DNA of 64,000 nt, taken from Schmidtea polychroa (lineage: Eukaryota). The stretch covers positions 1,488,001 to 1,552,000 of the forward strand of contig CM097885.1 in the NCBI GenBank assembly GCA_044892525.1, written 5' to 3'. The stretch's first letter is position 1. Each line of letters opens with the position of its first letter. The position numbers were made by a program, and so were the translations under genes. The notes below the pieces were generated by a model. The model saw only the letters and a list, made by a program, of their open reading frames with translations. It did no database searches and was not told the DNA's origin. Below, one piece after another: positions 24,278 through 35,217 of the stretch.

Positions 24278-26530
24278 GTCCAGTATCTGATGTTGAGTTC
24301 GAGGCAGGTTACAAAAGACGAACAGGGTTGAAAATTTCATTAGGGTGTTTACGGAACCGGGCTTTAGGAGATGGATTGGACACTGGGGAAGAACTAAGGA
24401 GAATGGAGGCATAAGAAGACAAGTATGAAGAAGTAATGAATGAATTCGAGGAGCTGAAGAATAATGCTCTGGAGTTAGGACGAAAGAAAGAAGTGAAGGA
24501 AATTGAGGCAGATCTGAAACGATTAGAAGCGGATTTTAGCAGAATCGGTGATCTAGTCCTCATGCAGAAGGAAGAAAGTTTTAAAGTGGATTCGCTGAAG
24601 GTCACAGAGAAATCATTTAGGAGTGAAGATCCAAATGAAAAACAGAAGTTCATAGTGGGATTGAAACCCTTACAGCTTCCGATATTTAATGGAAGGGTAA
24701 TGGAGTATCCTGGATGGAGAGCAATTGCGAGAGCCTGCATCGAGGACACGGATGAACCCAGCGAAAGGAAATGCTTGTACTTGAGACAGTATTTGGAAGG
24801 GAAGCCTTTGCAATTTATTGCCTATATTGGATATGGCTCACAGGCTTTCGAGACGGCTATGAAATTATTGGATGAGAGGTACGGGGGACCAGAAAGATCA
24901 TATTCAATGATTTTGTACGCGGTGCAGAAGTTCCTTCCAGTAAGACTCAACGTATTGGAGGACCTAGAGCGGTTTGAAGAGTTGTTGGGAAATCTCATCC
25001 TGAATTTCAAGGACCAAAAGAGAGAAGGCGAATTGAACATCGGAATGTTGTATCATCAACTGCTGAAGAAGTTGCCAGAAACCATGCTAATTCAGTGGTT
25101 ACGTAATTGTGACTCAGGGAGAGAAGCAAATGTAGAAACTTTAGTCGATTGGATCAAAAAGGAAGCTAATAGGCATCGGCATGCATTGAGCATACTGTTT
25201 GGAGAAGGGCTAACAAAAGATAGAACTGTCACACCAACAACCAACTTCGTAAATGTGAATAAGGGCACTAATTTTACGGATAGTAGGCGAAAGATAGAGG
25301 GTAGTAGTGCTCGAAAAAAGGAACCAATCTGTGTGAAATGTGGATCTGAACATTATTTGAATCAATGTCCGGAACTTTTACAATTGAAAGTAGCAGCACG
25401 AAACGACCTTGTTAAAGAATTAAGACTTTGTTTTAACTGTTTAGCTGTAGGCCACTTCCTCAGGAACTGCGAGAGGTCCAGCTTCTGTAAGGATAGAAGT
25501 TGCAAAACAAAGCATCATTTTCTTTTGCATGATTCAGATTGCAAAGCTGAGGATAGTCAAATGAAGGCGATAAATGAAAACACATCAATGATGACGGTTC
25601 AGAGTTACTTTGCGGTAACTGAAATGTTGAATGACGAGTTACGGGCATTTCTGGGAATTGAGGACACGCAATTCGACAGGAGTAGGGCATCTAATGAAGA
25701 GCAAGGAGCTCAGAGTCATTTAGATGGGCAAATATTCAATTCTGGAGGAACTAACGAATTAGTTAACGTCATTACAATCACACAAAATATTCAAGGAGAA
25801 ATGAATACATGGGAAAAGCAAGATGAGGCTTGCCGGGCTGGTCAGATCATAAGATTATCCGAAGATAAAATTGTGGAACCGAAGACAAGGATGTGTTGAG
25901 TAATTGGGAAAAAGACAAACCAGCATCAGAGGATCTAACGCCCGAGGCGGCGGTTAATGATATTCAGCTCGATGAAGCAGAAGTTAATCGACTAAAAGAA
26001 GAACGTGATAATGTTCAAAGGGCCAAAGAAGTTATGGATTTAACAGAAAATTTTAACGAACCATCGAACAGTTTCAAATAACACGGATCGTTTGAACTCA
26101 TTTGCACCCGTCTAAAGATGTACATGAAAGACAAGGTGTCAATTGTGGAATTGAAACACGAAGCAATCAAAGAACTACTTTGTAGGAGTCTTATAAAAAC
26201 GTCAAGTGAAAACTGGTCACTGAATGAAATGTAACAGGGAAAAGTGTGGATTATTGAATTGGCAAAAAATGAAGGAAGAATAATGGAGATATTACACCTA
26301 AACAAAATGAACGGTGACAGTGGCTTGGCCGAGAATGTCGATGGTTGGTGGAGAATCCACCATGATGTCTCAAAAAAGGTGCGTGGTGCGGCGGTTTATG
26401 TAATGCAAAGATGGGTGTGTGAGGGTTATTGGAGATTGAGCAAATGAAAAGAGTTATTGGTACCAATAACTGAGGTTTCCCCCTAAAGTAGGTGAAGTTG
26501 TTGATCCGCTGGAAGGGATCAAGGAGGGGG
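24277..26530 (+). mobile_element. BEL/Pao LTR retrotransposon remnant (gag plus deleted pol)
   Basis: LKPLQLPIFNG...YPGW...KCLYLRQYLEGKP..LLDERYGG (DUF1759-like Gag) and three Cys/His knuckles CVKCGSEHYLNQC, CFNCLAVGHFLRNC, CKDRSCKTKHHFLLH, diagnostic of BEL/Pao. Stop at 24412. A polypurine tract AAGGAGGGGGAAA followed by TGT at 26534 may start a 3' LTR. Confidence 0.85.
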
Positions 26531-26881
26531 AAATGTGTCGACCAGTCAGAGGGGGATTGGCACTCACCTCCTACTGGCAGTTTGTTTGTTGAATGTTCTC
26601 GCGTCTGTGTGCAGAATTATGGTAATATGGATGCGCGCACACATACGCGAGCAAGAGGTTTCTATTTTTTTTAATTTGTAAATTTTGATGTTAATTTAGA
26701 TTTAGAATTGATTGTAATTCTAGAAATTGTTTTACTAAATCAATTGATTTGGTATTCTGGAATGGATCTTAAATTTTGGTGGAATTGAATTTAATTCTAG
26801 TGATTAATGGAATTCTAAGTTTTTTTTTCTAAATGAATTGATTTGAACTCGATTGGATTTTTTTGTATTCTGAAATGAAAT

Positions 26882-27169
26882 ATGGAAGATAATGAATGTT
26901 TGATATGTCGTAATTCAATGAGCAATATAGCGAAGGTAATATTTGAAAGTTGTAGACATGCGTTTTGTATCTGTTGCGCGAAGAGATGTCTTTCCAGCAG
27001 TGAAACTTGTCCATGTGATCGTGGCTCAACAAGATCGTTGCAGATTATTAATGGAAGTTTATCAAAACGATTGGAAATCAACGATTTAATTTCTGTAAAT
27101 CATGAAATGACAGAAGAGGAACTCCAAGATATTTTTATGAAATTTCCCCAAAAGTTTAAAGATATTTAA
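26882..27169 (+). CDS. Small intronless C3HC4-type RING finger protein (95 aa)
   Basis: CLIC..SCRHAFCICC..CPCDR; the terminal CPxDR variant resembles PHRF1/SCAF11 RINGs. Confidence 0.65.
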   Translation: MEDNECLICRNSMSNIAKVIFESCRHAFCICCAKRCLSSSETCPCDRGSTRSLQIINGSLSKRLEINDLISVNHEMTEEELQDIFMKFPQKFKDI

Positions 27170-27266
27170 GTTTAAACCATTTATGACATTAGCGATAAAA
27201 AGATAAACTTGCTAACTTATGAATATGATATGCTATTCAATCGAGCTCTTAAAAAGATCAACACAA

Positions 27267-28045
27267 TGTTGTACCCGGTAATTTAGCGGCTTTTGACATT
27301 CGGTTAGAAACAGGAACACTTTCATTAAAATATGTCATTGAATCCGCAAACTTTTCTTGCATATCACACAAATATAATAGTGAATTTTCCAACGCAATTA
27401 ATATCACAAATTTCAATATATTTAAAGACAGTTCAATTTTTATACACAAATTAGAAATTTTATGGAAAAAGTTCATTTTTTTTTGGAATATATAAACAAG
27501 CCAGGAAATCTTTTACAAAATTTCTACATATAAGTAAACAAAATTACAAAGAATACAAAATTATGTCATTCGATAAAAAATAAACAGATTTTTAAAAATA
27601 TGTAATTTAAAAAGCTTAACGATTTTATAACGTTCGCGTAAGAATTTCAAATAGTCAATTTCTAATAATTAAATGCAGAATAAACAAATTTAGGTTTTAT
27701 ATTATTGTTAGGATTTGTTCCGTATTTCGCGAATTGTAATGGATGAGGGTGTTGGTCTATGAGAGCCAACACTAAAACTATTGGGAGCCGAATACAGTTT
27801 ATCTTGATAATGATAACATGGCATCGAATTTGCTTTACTCTTCTGAGATTGATTAATAGAGCCTGATTGATAAGTAGAAGTATTAGCTGATCGCACGAAT
27901 TTTGATTGACTGTTATTGTGTTCTGTTTGGTCCTTAGTCGCTGGTGACCGCGCATTTATATATATAATATAATATCGTATAATATAATATAATATAGTAT
28001 AATAGGTATATAGATATTGTTAAGGCCGTGTAACGGCTCACTACA
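27267..28045 (-). repeat. 3' LTR (779 bp)
   Basis: Near-identical to 34159-34916. Confidence 0.95.
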
Positions 28046-28214
28046 TCAGCCCCACGGGAAGTCGCGGAGCGCACAGGGACTCAAGAATAGAGATTGATGA
28101 AAGATCTACTAGAAACAAGATGTAAGTCGAAAAGTAGTGACAATTTATCAAAGGTAGATAGTGTCTAAAAAGGAAATCGGTGACTGATGAATTAATTGAT
28201 CACATGGAATAAAG

Positions 28215-31200
28215 TTAAGTGAATTTCAGCATCAGATGTGTCAAGTTTTCATTGGAATAGACTCTGGCAAGTCTTGGAGGTTTGGAAATGTCTTCCCCAA
28301 TTTGGCGCACCCAAATCTTATCACTATGTTTCACATTTTTCGCGGTTCGCTGCTTGTCGGGTTTCGAAACAATTGAGCGAAGATTAAGTGGATTTGTTGT
28401 TGCTGAATGTGTATTCTCTGTAGCTAAATTTTCATCGCGTTGGTAGTTTGTGATCATGGTACGCGCGATTTCGTTTGAGTCCGTGGCCGGTTCTACTGAA
28501 AGGTTTTCGTTCGACGTAGTTGAAATGGGTTCGACTGAGACTTTCTCTAAATCAGAATGAAGTTTGTCTTCGTCCACGTCATCAGAAATCATAAAAGCCG
28601 GTTTAAGTCGGCACAAATTTATATTTTGGGTAACACCGTTAATAACGATGTGAGCATTGTTATCCTTAATGTCGATCAATTTGTAAGGCCCCGAATATCT
28701 CGGTTTGAGACCTGAATCCGTAATAAACGTGAGTTGCGTCCTTGAAGGACTTTGGGACGTACGGTGTATATGAGGAAGCATAAGAAAACTGTGGGTTGCT
28801 ATCGATCGAAAGAAAATGATCTCTAGCCATATCTAATTCCTCAAAGGTAGGAGCGTTATCGAAATCAACTAATTCGTTAGGTAACGATGTTGAAGAACCA
28901 AAAAGTAACTGTGCCGGTGTAGTTCCGGTAGTCCTGGAGGGTGTGTTACGCCAACCAAGAAGGACAAAAGGTAAAGCTTTAGTCCAATTAAGTCTCGATG
29001 AAAGTATTCCAAGAGAGGTCTTCAAAGTTCGGTGAAATCTTTCGATCATGCCGTTTGTCTGAGGATGGTAAGCAGTTGAACGGAGGTGTTGTATACCGAG
29101 CTTTTCAGTTAGCTGTTGAAATAACTGGGATTCAAACTGAGATCCCCTGTCTGTGATTATTGATTTCGGAACACCGTATCTAGAAATCCAATGTTGCAAA
29201 ATTGAATTTGCTACAATTTCAGCAGAAATGTTTTTCAGAGGAATAACTTCAAACCAACGCGTTTTCCGGTCAATCATAGTTAATAAGTAAGAAAAACCGC
29301 GATCAGAAGGCAAGGGGCCGACCAGGTCGATGTGAAGAATTTCGAACCTATTTCCGGTCGGATAGTGAATCATCTGTGGCTTAGTGTGTCTAGTTATCTT
29401 GTGTTGTTGACAACCGATGCACTGACTCACCCACAATTTAATATCGTGCCTCATTGCTGGCCAAACCACATGTGAATGCAATAGGTTGAAGGTAGCCGAC
29501 GAACCTGGATGATGTAAGTCGTGAATGGAGTGGAAAGCTAATTTCCGTAAGGAATCGTGCAAAATCGGTCTTAAAACACCTGATAAAGACGAGTCAAAGT
29601 GTACTCCGTCCACGATTTCAAGCTTATCGCCAAAAGCAGCTAGATCTTTTGCCGAAGGTGGATTGTCGCGGAGGCACTGTACTGGAAAAATCGGATCGTG
29701 CAATATAGCGTTGGTACTGCGGGAAAGACAGTCTGCAATAACGTTTTCTTTGCCGGCAATGTGGCGTATTTCGCAAGAAAATTCTGAAATATAACTGATT
29801 TGCCTCTGTTGTCGTGGAGATGGGTCTTTCATTCCAAAAAGATAAGTTAGCGGTTTGTGGTCAGTGTAGATGACAAAAGTAACGACCTTCAAGCAAGTGC
29901 TTGAAATGTTTGATTGAAAGATATATGCCTAAGAGTTCTCGGTCGAAAGCCGAATATTTCCGTTGAGCGGAAGAAAGTTTCTTTGAGAAAAACTCTAAGG
30001 GTTCAGAAATGTCATTATGTAATTGATGTAATACTGCACCAATAGCAACGTTTGATGCATCAGTGGTCAGACTCCAAGGTAAATCAGCATTGGGAAAATG
30101 GAGTGTTTGGATTTTCGAAAGTGCCGACTTAGCGTTTTCAAATGCACTGAGTGTGGTATCGCTCCATGACACTAAAGACTTTTTTGGTTTTGAGACGAGA
30201 CCTGAAAGAGGTGACAAAATGTCAGAAACCCCTGGAATAAAACGATGACAATAGTTTATCGTTCCCAAAAAACTTCTCAGTTGTGAAACTGTTTTTGGAA
30301 GTGGGAATTTGGCTATGGTATCTAGTCTATCCGGAGGAGGTCGGATTCCATCTGCGGAAATTAAATGTCCCAGGAAACGAGTCTCGTGTTGGAAGAAAGT
30401 ACACTTATCGACGTTTACCTTAAGGTTGTATTGCCGAAGTGCTGTTAAAGTTCTTGTTAGATGGGTTTTATGCGTCTCTAAGTCAGGTGATCCGACTAAA
30501 ATGTCGTCTATGTAAGGAACTGCGAAAGGTAGGTCCATTAAGACTTGATCAATATACCTTTGAAAGGTCTGTGCAGAATTACGAAGGCCAAATGGCATAT
30601 GCACGTACTCGAAAAGTCCGATCGGAGTTATTACGGCTGTTTTTTCTATGTCAGACTCTCGCACGGGTATCTGATGGTACGCCTTCACGAGGTCGATTGT
30701 GGAGAAAATCTTTGCCTTTGAAAGACGGTGAAGGATATCACTAACAAGCGGCATGCTATAGGAATCATGTACCGTAATAGCATTAAGGTTTCGATAGTCG
30801 CCACACGGACGGAAAGTGCCATCTTTTTTTGGGACCAGGTGCAATGGCGATGACCATGGAGATTTAGATCTCCGAATGGTACCCTCATGTAAGAGGTTAG
30901 TAAACTCGGAACGTACAAATTCGAGTTTTTCATTCGACAGTGGTCTAATTTTGCATCTAACTGGTAAAGATGAAGTTGTGTCGATCGTGTGGCAGTAAAG
31001 CGGCTTCAAAACGTCACTTATTGGCGTGTTAAAACACCTATTAATAATATCTAAGGCTATTTTTGGGTGTTCGATTGTTATAACCGTTTTCGACGGAGTA
31101 GTATTTATATCGTCCGTTCCTATCCGTTGTGGATCTTCAAAGATGTTTGAGGGAATAGTGCTGCAGTTTAATTGATTATTTATCCTTAAAGTGCGTCCGC

Positions 31201-31582
31201 GGCAATCTACGAGTAGTTCGTTAGCGCTTAAAAAATCAGATCCTAATATGGGGATAATAACCTCTGCTATATAAAATTTCCACTCAAATAATTGGTCGGA
31301 CAGAAATGGCAACGAGAAAGCAATTGTCTTTGAACCTAAAGTCTCAACAACACTACCGTTTGCGGCCTTCAAAGAAATATCGACAGTGTTGAGGTCTGGA
31401 AGGTACTCTTTAGGTAAGATCGACAAGCTGGAACCAGTGTCGACAAGGAATTTTAGTCTATTGGAAGGAGACGACAATATATTAAAAGCGTTTGACTCTG
31501 CTTCTATTAAAAATAAATCTGATTTCGATGAAATTTTGCCTCCCACCTCTGCCGCTAGAAGTGGTGGCATTATAAGTTTTTT
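28215..31582 (-). CDS. pol (protease, RT, RNase H, integrase) with two apparent 1-bp frameshifts
   Basis: FLVDTGSS; YIDDIL; TDAS..SAFDREL; TDHKPL; HDLHHPG..CIGC; DLVGPLP..TDRGSQF..GMIERFHR; PRYSGPY. Frame breaks at ~29880 and ~28725. Confidence 0.9.
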
Positions 31583-34368
31583 TGATTGCTTGCTTTAGGT
31601 TTTGTGTAATTGGAGCAGCCTTCGAAGCATTTTAAGGCTTTATCTCCAAACCTGTCGTGGTATATGCACTTGTCAAGTATCTGACAGGATGGTGCTTTAT
31701 CTCGCCAATTGCAACCTAGATGGCAGAACCGTGCCTTGTTACGAAACTTAAAATGGAAACGGCACAGGTTCCTGGTTGCAGGGGAAGGTGAACGTTGACG
31801 AGTATTTCGCACAAAGTGTGATTTTTGGGCATATTGCCTGTCGTCATTTGTCCGCCTGGTGGACATGCTATTTTCAAGCTCGCTGATGCGTTTAGTGAGG
31901 CCTGTAATAGCGCAAAGTAAGGCTTCTTCGGTCGAAGGTTTTAAAGAAGAAGAAGAAGGTAAAATTTCGGGGTTAGTGCTGCTACTTAACTGCACAGAGC
32001 AAGTTGGTTGCGGACCAAGTGGCACGACTTCGTTAATCTTGTCGGCCATCTTTGCTAGCTCTACCACGTCTGCTGTTGACGAAAGCGCTAAAATTTGTTG
32101 TGCGTGTGGCGGTAAAGCAGACAGAAAAAATTGCCTCAAGAGTTTTTGATCCGCCGCAGCCTCCGGGTGTATTTGCGTTAGTTCCGCCATAGCGTGTTGC
32201 AAGAACTGTGATGGTTTTCTGCTGCCCAAAGTTTGCGTCTTAAAGTATTTAGTGAAGACGGCAGCTGTAGGTTCCTTAAAAATATCGAGGATTGCCGTAC
32301 GCAATTCTTCATATGGGTTTTTTACGCTAGTAGGCGAAGTGCGAAGGATCACGGACGAAAGTTTACTTAATATCGTCGGCGGAATCAACGGCAAGATGCG
32401 ACAGTATTTGTCTCGTGAACTGGTTACCTCGATTCCCTCGAGTGCTAGTTCGGTAGCTATCAGCCAAGTAAGTGGAGAGTTATTCTCATCCAAAAAATAT
32501 TGACATAGGTACGTTGATCGCTGGTTGTTGGACCTACGTTTATGTTTTGCCTGTTTGGGGTTGCTGCCTGAGTCATTCTCCGAATCGGAGGAACCGCCAG
32601 AAAGTGGCAACAAGCAATGAATGACGCTGCATGGTGTCACTCCATAGTCGCCCAAGGTACGACTGTCGGAAAGGATGTTGCCATTATACGACAAGAGAAA
32701 ACGGCATTTGTGATTTGTCAATATGCTGTAATTTTTAGAAAGACCTCTAATTGTAGTGTCTGTGTCAACTGAAACGGTTTGTGTCTTATTTGTTACAGGG
32801 TTTTCTATTAATATTTGGAACTTTTTGGGCCCCGGTGCGGCGCTACCCTCTCGTGTGGGCTGATGCTTATTTAAATAATTTATTATAATTTTATATATGA
32901 TATCAATAATAATATAAATCAATAATAATATAGTATAATTTAATAATAATATAATAATATAATTTAGAGGTAATCGATCTAAGGTACCTGGCGGTGCTGA
33001 CACGGGCATTGCTTGATTGAGTCTCGATTCGCTGGGAGACGGTTTATTATCCTGAATAAATGGCTGTCCCGGTGCACGAGAGTTTAATGTGAAAAAATCA
33101 TTATTCTGTTGCATTAAGAATTCATTTGGATTTGGTCGAAGCATGATGCGTTGTGGGGCTGTGTATAAGACATCACTCGTTAGCAATTTGTTATTTGGTA
33201 TATAATTATTGATCGGAGTCATTTTTTTACGATTTTCAACGGCAATCATCTCAGCCAATGCTTGCCGGGAAACATTAATCGAATCAAAATCTATATCGGC
33301 TGTATCTTTATATTTCTGATCGTAATGTGAATTCGGTTTCTCCGAGCCAAATATGCGATTTATATCCATTTCGTTTCGATCCTGATACTGACCGTAGTTA
33401 AGCACACCGTTGTTGTTTGCCTGTTGATTGATGTTGTGATCGTATGACTGATTATTATTGTTGTTATTCTTGATTGCGGCGTGGTTTTGAGAATTTAACT
33501 GGCGGAAACTTTCCAGCAGAGAATTCGACGAACCAACTGAATTCAAACTGTTCATAAATGATTTCTGATCTGAAAGCCGTGACAGGGGAGATGTGGAATT
33601 CAGTGTACTGTGGAATTCAGTAATATCATTACCAGCTGAGCTATTGAAAGCACTGAATAGGGGAAATTCGGATTTAGTATCCGATGATTCAGATTGTAAT
33701 TGAATACTTTTCTTGATAAATTTGAAAGACGATTTATTTATCGGGTCAGCAATTATCAATTGACCATTTGGAATATGATTATTATCTGTGATATTTGCAG
33801 GGGTCGAAATGGAATCACCTAGAACGACTACGGGATCCAAAGAATCACGATCTGGAATTGTCTGAGTTAATTTGATATACTCTTCTCGATTCGATGACAA
33901 ACAACAGGAATGAGCAATTATCAATTGATCTATCAGCCTATCAATATCATGGGATATAGGATTAAATTTTGATGAAAGTTTTAATTCAGAAAATATTTTG
34001 GAAAGCATATGGAACATATTTTGACGTAATTCCGCTGTTCGTTTATGAGAAACTAATATAGATTGTATTTCCTGTAATCTGGATTTAGCAATGATATTAG
34101 ATAAATAAGTTTCTAATTGTTCAAATCTTGAACATTGTTCTGGCACTTCTGACACCAATGTTGTACCCGGTAATTTAGCGGCTTTTGACATTCGGTTAGA
34201 AACAGGAACACTTTCATTAAAATATGTCATTGAATCCGCAAACTTTTCTTGCATATCACACAAATATAATAGTGAATTTTCCAACGCAATTAATATCACA
34301 AATTTCAATATATTTAAAGACAGTTCAATTTTTATACACAAATTAGAAATTTTATGGAAAAAGTTCAT
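31570..34368 (-). CDS. ORF1, 932 aa: unknown N-terminal region, hydrophobic segment, ubiquitin-like domain, Gag (CHCC knuckle)
   Basis: A single open frame. UBL at 32820-32593 ends LPLSGG. Gag motifs PLTWLIATE..KYCRILPLIP..PYEELR..LGSRKPSQFL..FFLSALP and CRFHFKFRNKARFCHLGC. Slippery A-AAA-AAC at 31582-31576. Confidence 0.85.
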   Translation of the reverse strand: MNFFHKISNLCIKIELSLNILKFVILIALENSLLYLCDMQEKFADSMTYFNESVPVSNRMSKAAKLPGTTLVSEVPEQCSRFEQLETYLSNIIAKSRLQEIQSILVSHKRTAELRQNMFHMLSKIFSELKLSSKFNPISHDIDRLIDQLIIAHSCCLSSNREEYIKLTQTIPDRDSLDPVVVLGDSISTPANITDNNHIPNGQLIIADPINKSSFKFIKKSIQLQSESSDTKSEFPLFSAFNSSAGNDITEFHSTLNSTSPLSRLSDQKSFMNSLNSVGSSNSLLESFRQLNSQNHAAIKNNNNNNQSYDHNINQQANNNGVLNYGQYQDRNEMDINRIFGSEKPNSHYDQKYKDTADIDFDSINVSRQALAEMIAVENRKKMTPINNYIPNNKLLTSDVLYTAPQRIMLRPNPNEFLMQQNNDFFTLNSRAPGQPFIQDNKPSPSESRLNQAMPVSAPPGTLDRLPLNYIIILLLNYTILLLIYIIIDIIYKIIINYLNKHQPTREGSAAPGPKKFQILIENPVTNKTQTVSVDTDTTIRGLSKNYSILTNHKCRFLLSYNGNILSDSRTLGDYGVTPCSVIHCLLPLSGGSSDSENDSGSNPKQAKHKRRSNNQRSTYLCQYFLDENNSPLTWLIATELALEGIEVTSSRDKYCRILPLIPPTILSKLSSVILRTSPTSVKNPYEELRTAILDIFKEPTAAVFTKYFKTQTLGSRKPSQFLQHAMAELTQIHPEAAADQKLLRQFFLSALPPHAQQILALSSTADVVELAKMADKINEVVPLGPQPTCSVQLSSSTNPEILPSSSSLKPSTEEALLCAITGLTKRISELENSMSTRRTNDDRQYAQKSHFVRNTRQRSPSPATRNLCRFHFKFRNKARFCHLGCNWRDKAPSCQILDKCIYHDRFGDKALKCFEGCSNYTKPKASNQKNL
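34144..34157 (-). other. Primer-binding site complementary to a tRNA-Leu 3' end
   Basis: TGGTGTCAGAAGTG lies one base after the 5' LTR; it complements the ...CACUUCUGACACCA end of eukaryotic tRNA-Leu. Confidence 0.8.
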
Positions 34369-34916
34369 TTTTTTTGGAATATATAAACAAGCCAGGAAAT
34401 CTTTTACAAAATTTCTACATATAAGTAAACAAAATTACAAAGAATACAAAATTATGTCATTCGATAAAAAATAAACAGATTTTTAAAAATATGTAATTTA
34501 AAAAGCTTAACGATTTTATAACGTTCGCGTAAGAATTTCAAATAGTCAATTTCTAATAATTAAATGCAGAATAAACAAATTTAGGTTTTATATTATTGTT
34601 AGGATTTGTTCCGTATTTCGCGAATTGTAATGGATGAGGGTGTTGGTCTATGAGAGCCAACACTAAAACTATTGGGAGCCGAATACAGTTTATCTTGATA
34701 ATGATAACATGGCATCGAATTTGCTTTACTCTTCTGAGATTGATTAATAGAGCCTGATTGATAAGTAGAAGTATTAGCTGATCGCACGAATTTTGATTGA
34801 CTGTTATTGTGTTCTGTTTGGTCCTTAGTCGCTGGTGACCGCGCATTTATATATATAATATAATATAGTATAATAGGTATATAGATATTGTTAAGGCCGT
34901 GTAACGGCTCACTACA
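34159..34916 (-). repeat. 5' LTR (758 bp)
   Basis: Begins TGTAGTGAGCCG, ends GGTACAACA, and contains a TATATATAAA tract near its 5' end. Confidence 0.95.
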
Positions 34917-35039
34917 CACAACTCCAATGTTTATTAGCCGAAGTGTTGAACAATTATCCAATGTTTTAAATTCAATCATGGCTCAATCTCAAGTTATTGG
35001 ACACGATAAATGGTTTTGTACAAATAAAGCTTGTGACAT

Positions 35040-35217
35040 TAATTACAATGAAATTCTTCTGATGTGTCTTAAATTTAAACAATATGTGTTGTCTATATAT
35101 TTGGTAGCTGCTATTGATTGCGGCTACACAGGCTTTTTTGGCAAGCTCCTTTATTTCATTATTTGATAGGCCGATAATTTTGAGTAATGAGTCGTTATTT
35201 TTATCCCATGATTCCAT
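35040..35217 (-). pseudogene. Extreme 3' coding end of a 5'-truncated NeSL/Utopia-like element
   Basis: ESWDKNNDSLLKIIGLSNNEIKELAKKACVAAINSSYQIYRQH matches the 'GsW...N..ll..lGl......l.......i..S..Iy..H' C-terminus. Confidence 0.6.

Larger units (their letters stand above)
27267..34916 (-). mobile_element. Young Ty3/gypsy LTR retrotransposon (CsRn1-like Gag/Pol), 7650 bp
   Basis: LTRs at 34159-34916 (5') and 27267-28045 (3') with TG...CA ends; 5-bp TSD CACAA (27262-27266 and 34917-34921); PBS TGGTGTCAGAAGTG; polypurine tract GTGGGGCTGA. I saw only two simple-tract indels between the LTRs. Confidence 0.97.

Noticed and set aside
27258-28045. Segmental duplication of a host gene 5' end (MNFFHK...)
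   Set aside because: The duplicate has TG...CA ends, a PBS, a polypurine tract and a 5-bp TSD, so it is the LTR pair.
27267-34916. Nested insertion of a CsRn1-like element into another LTR element or a host ubiquitin gene
   Set aside because: No inner LTR pair or TSD was found, and the frame is continuous from leader through UBL to Gag.
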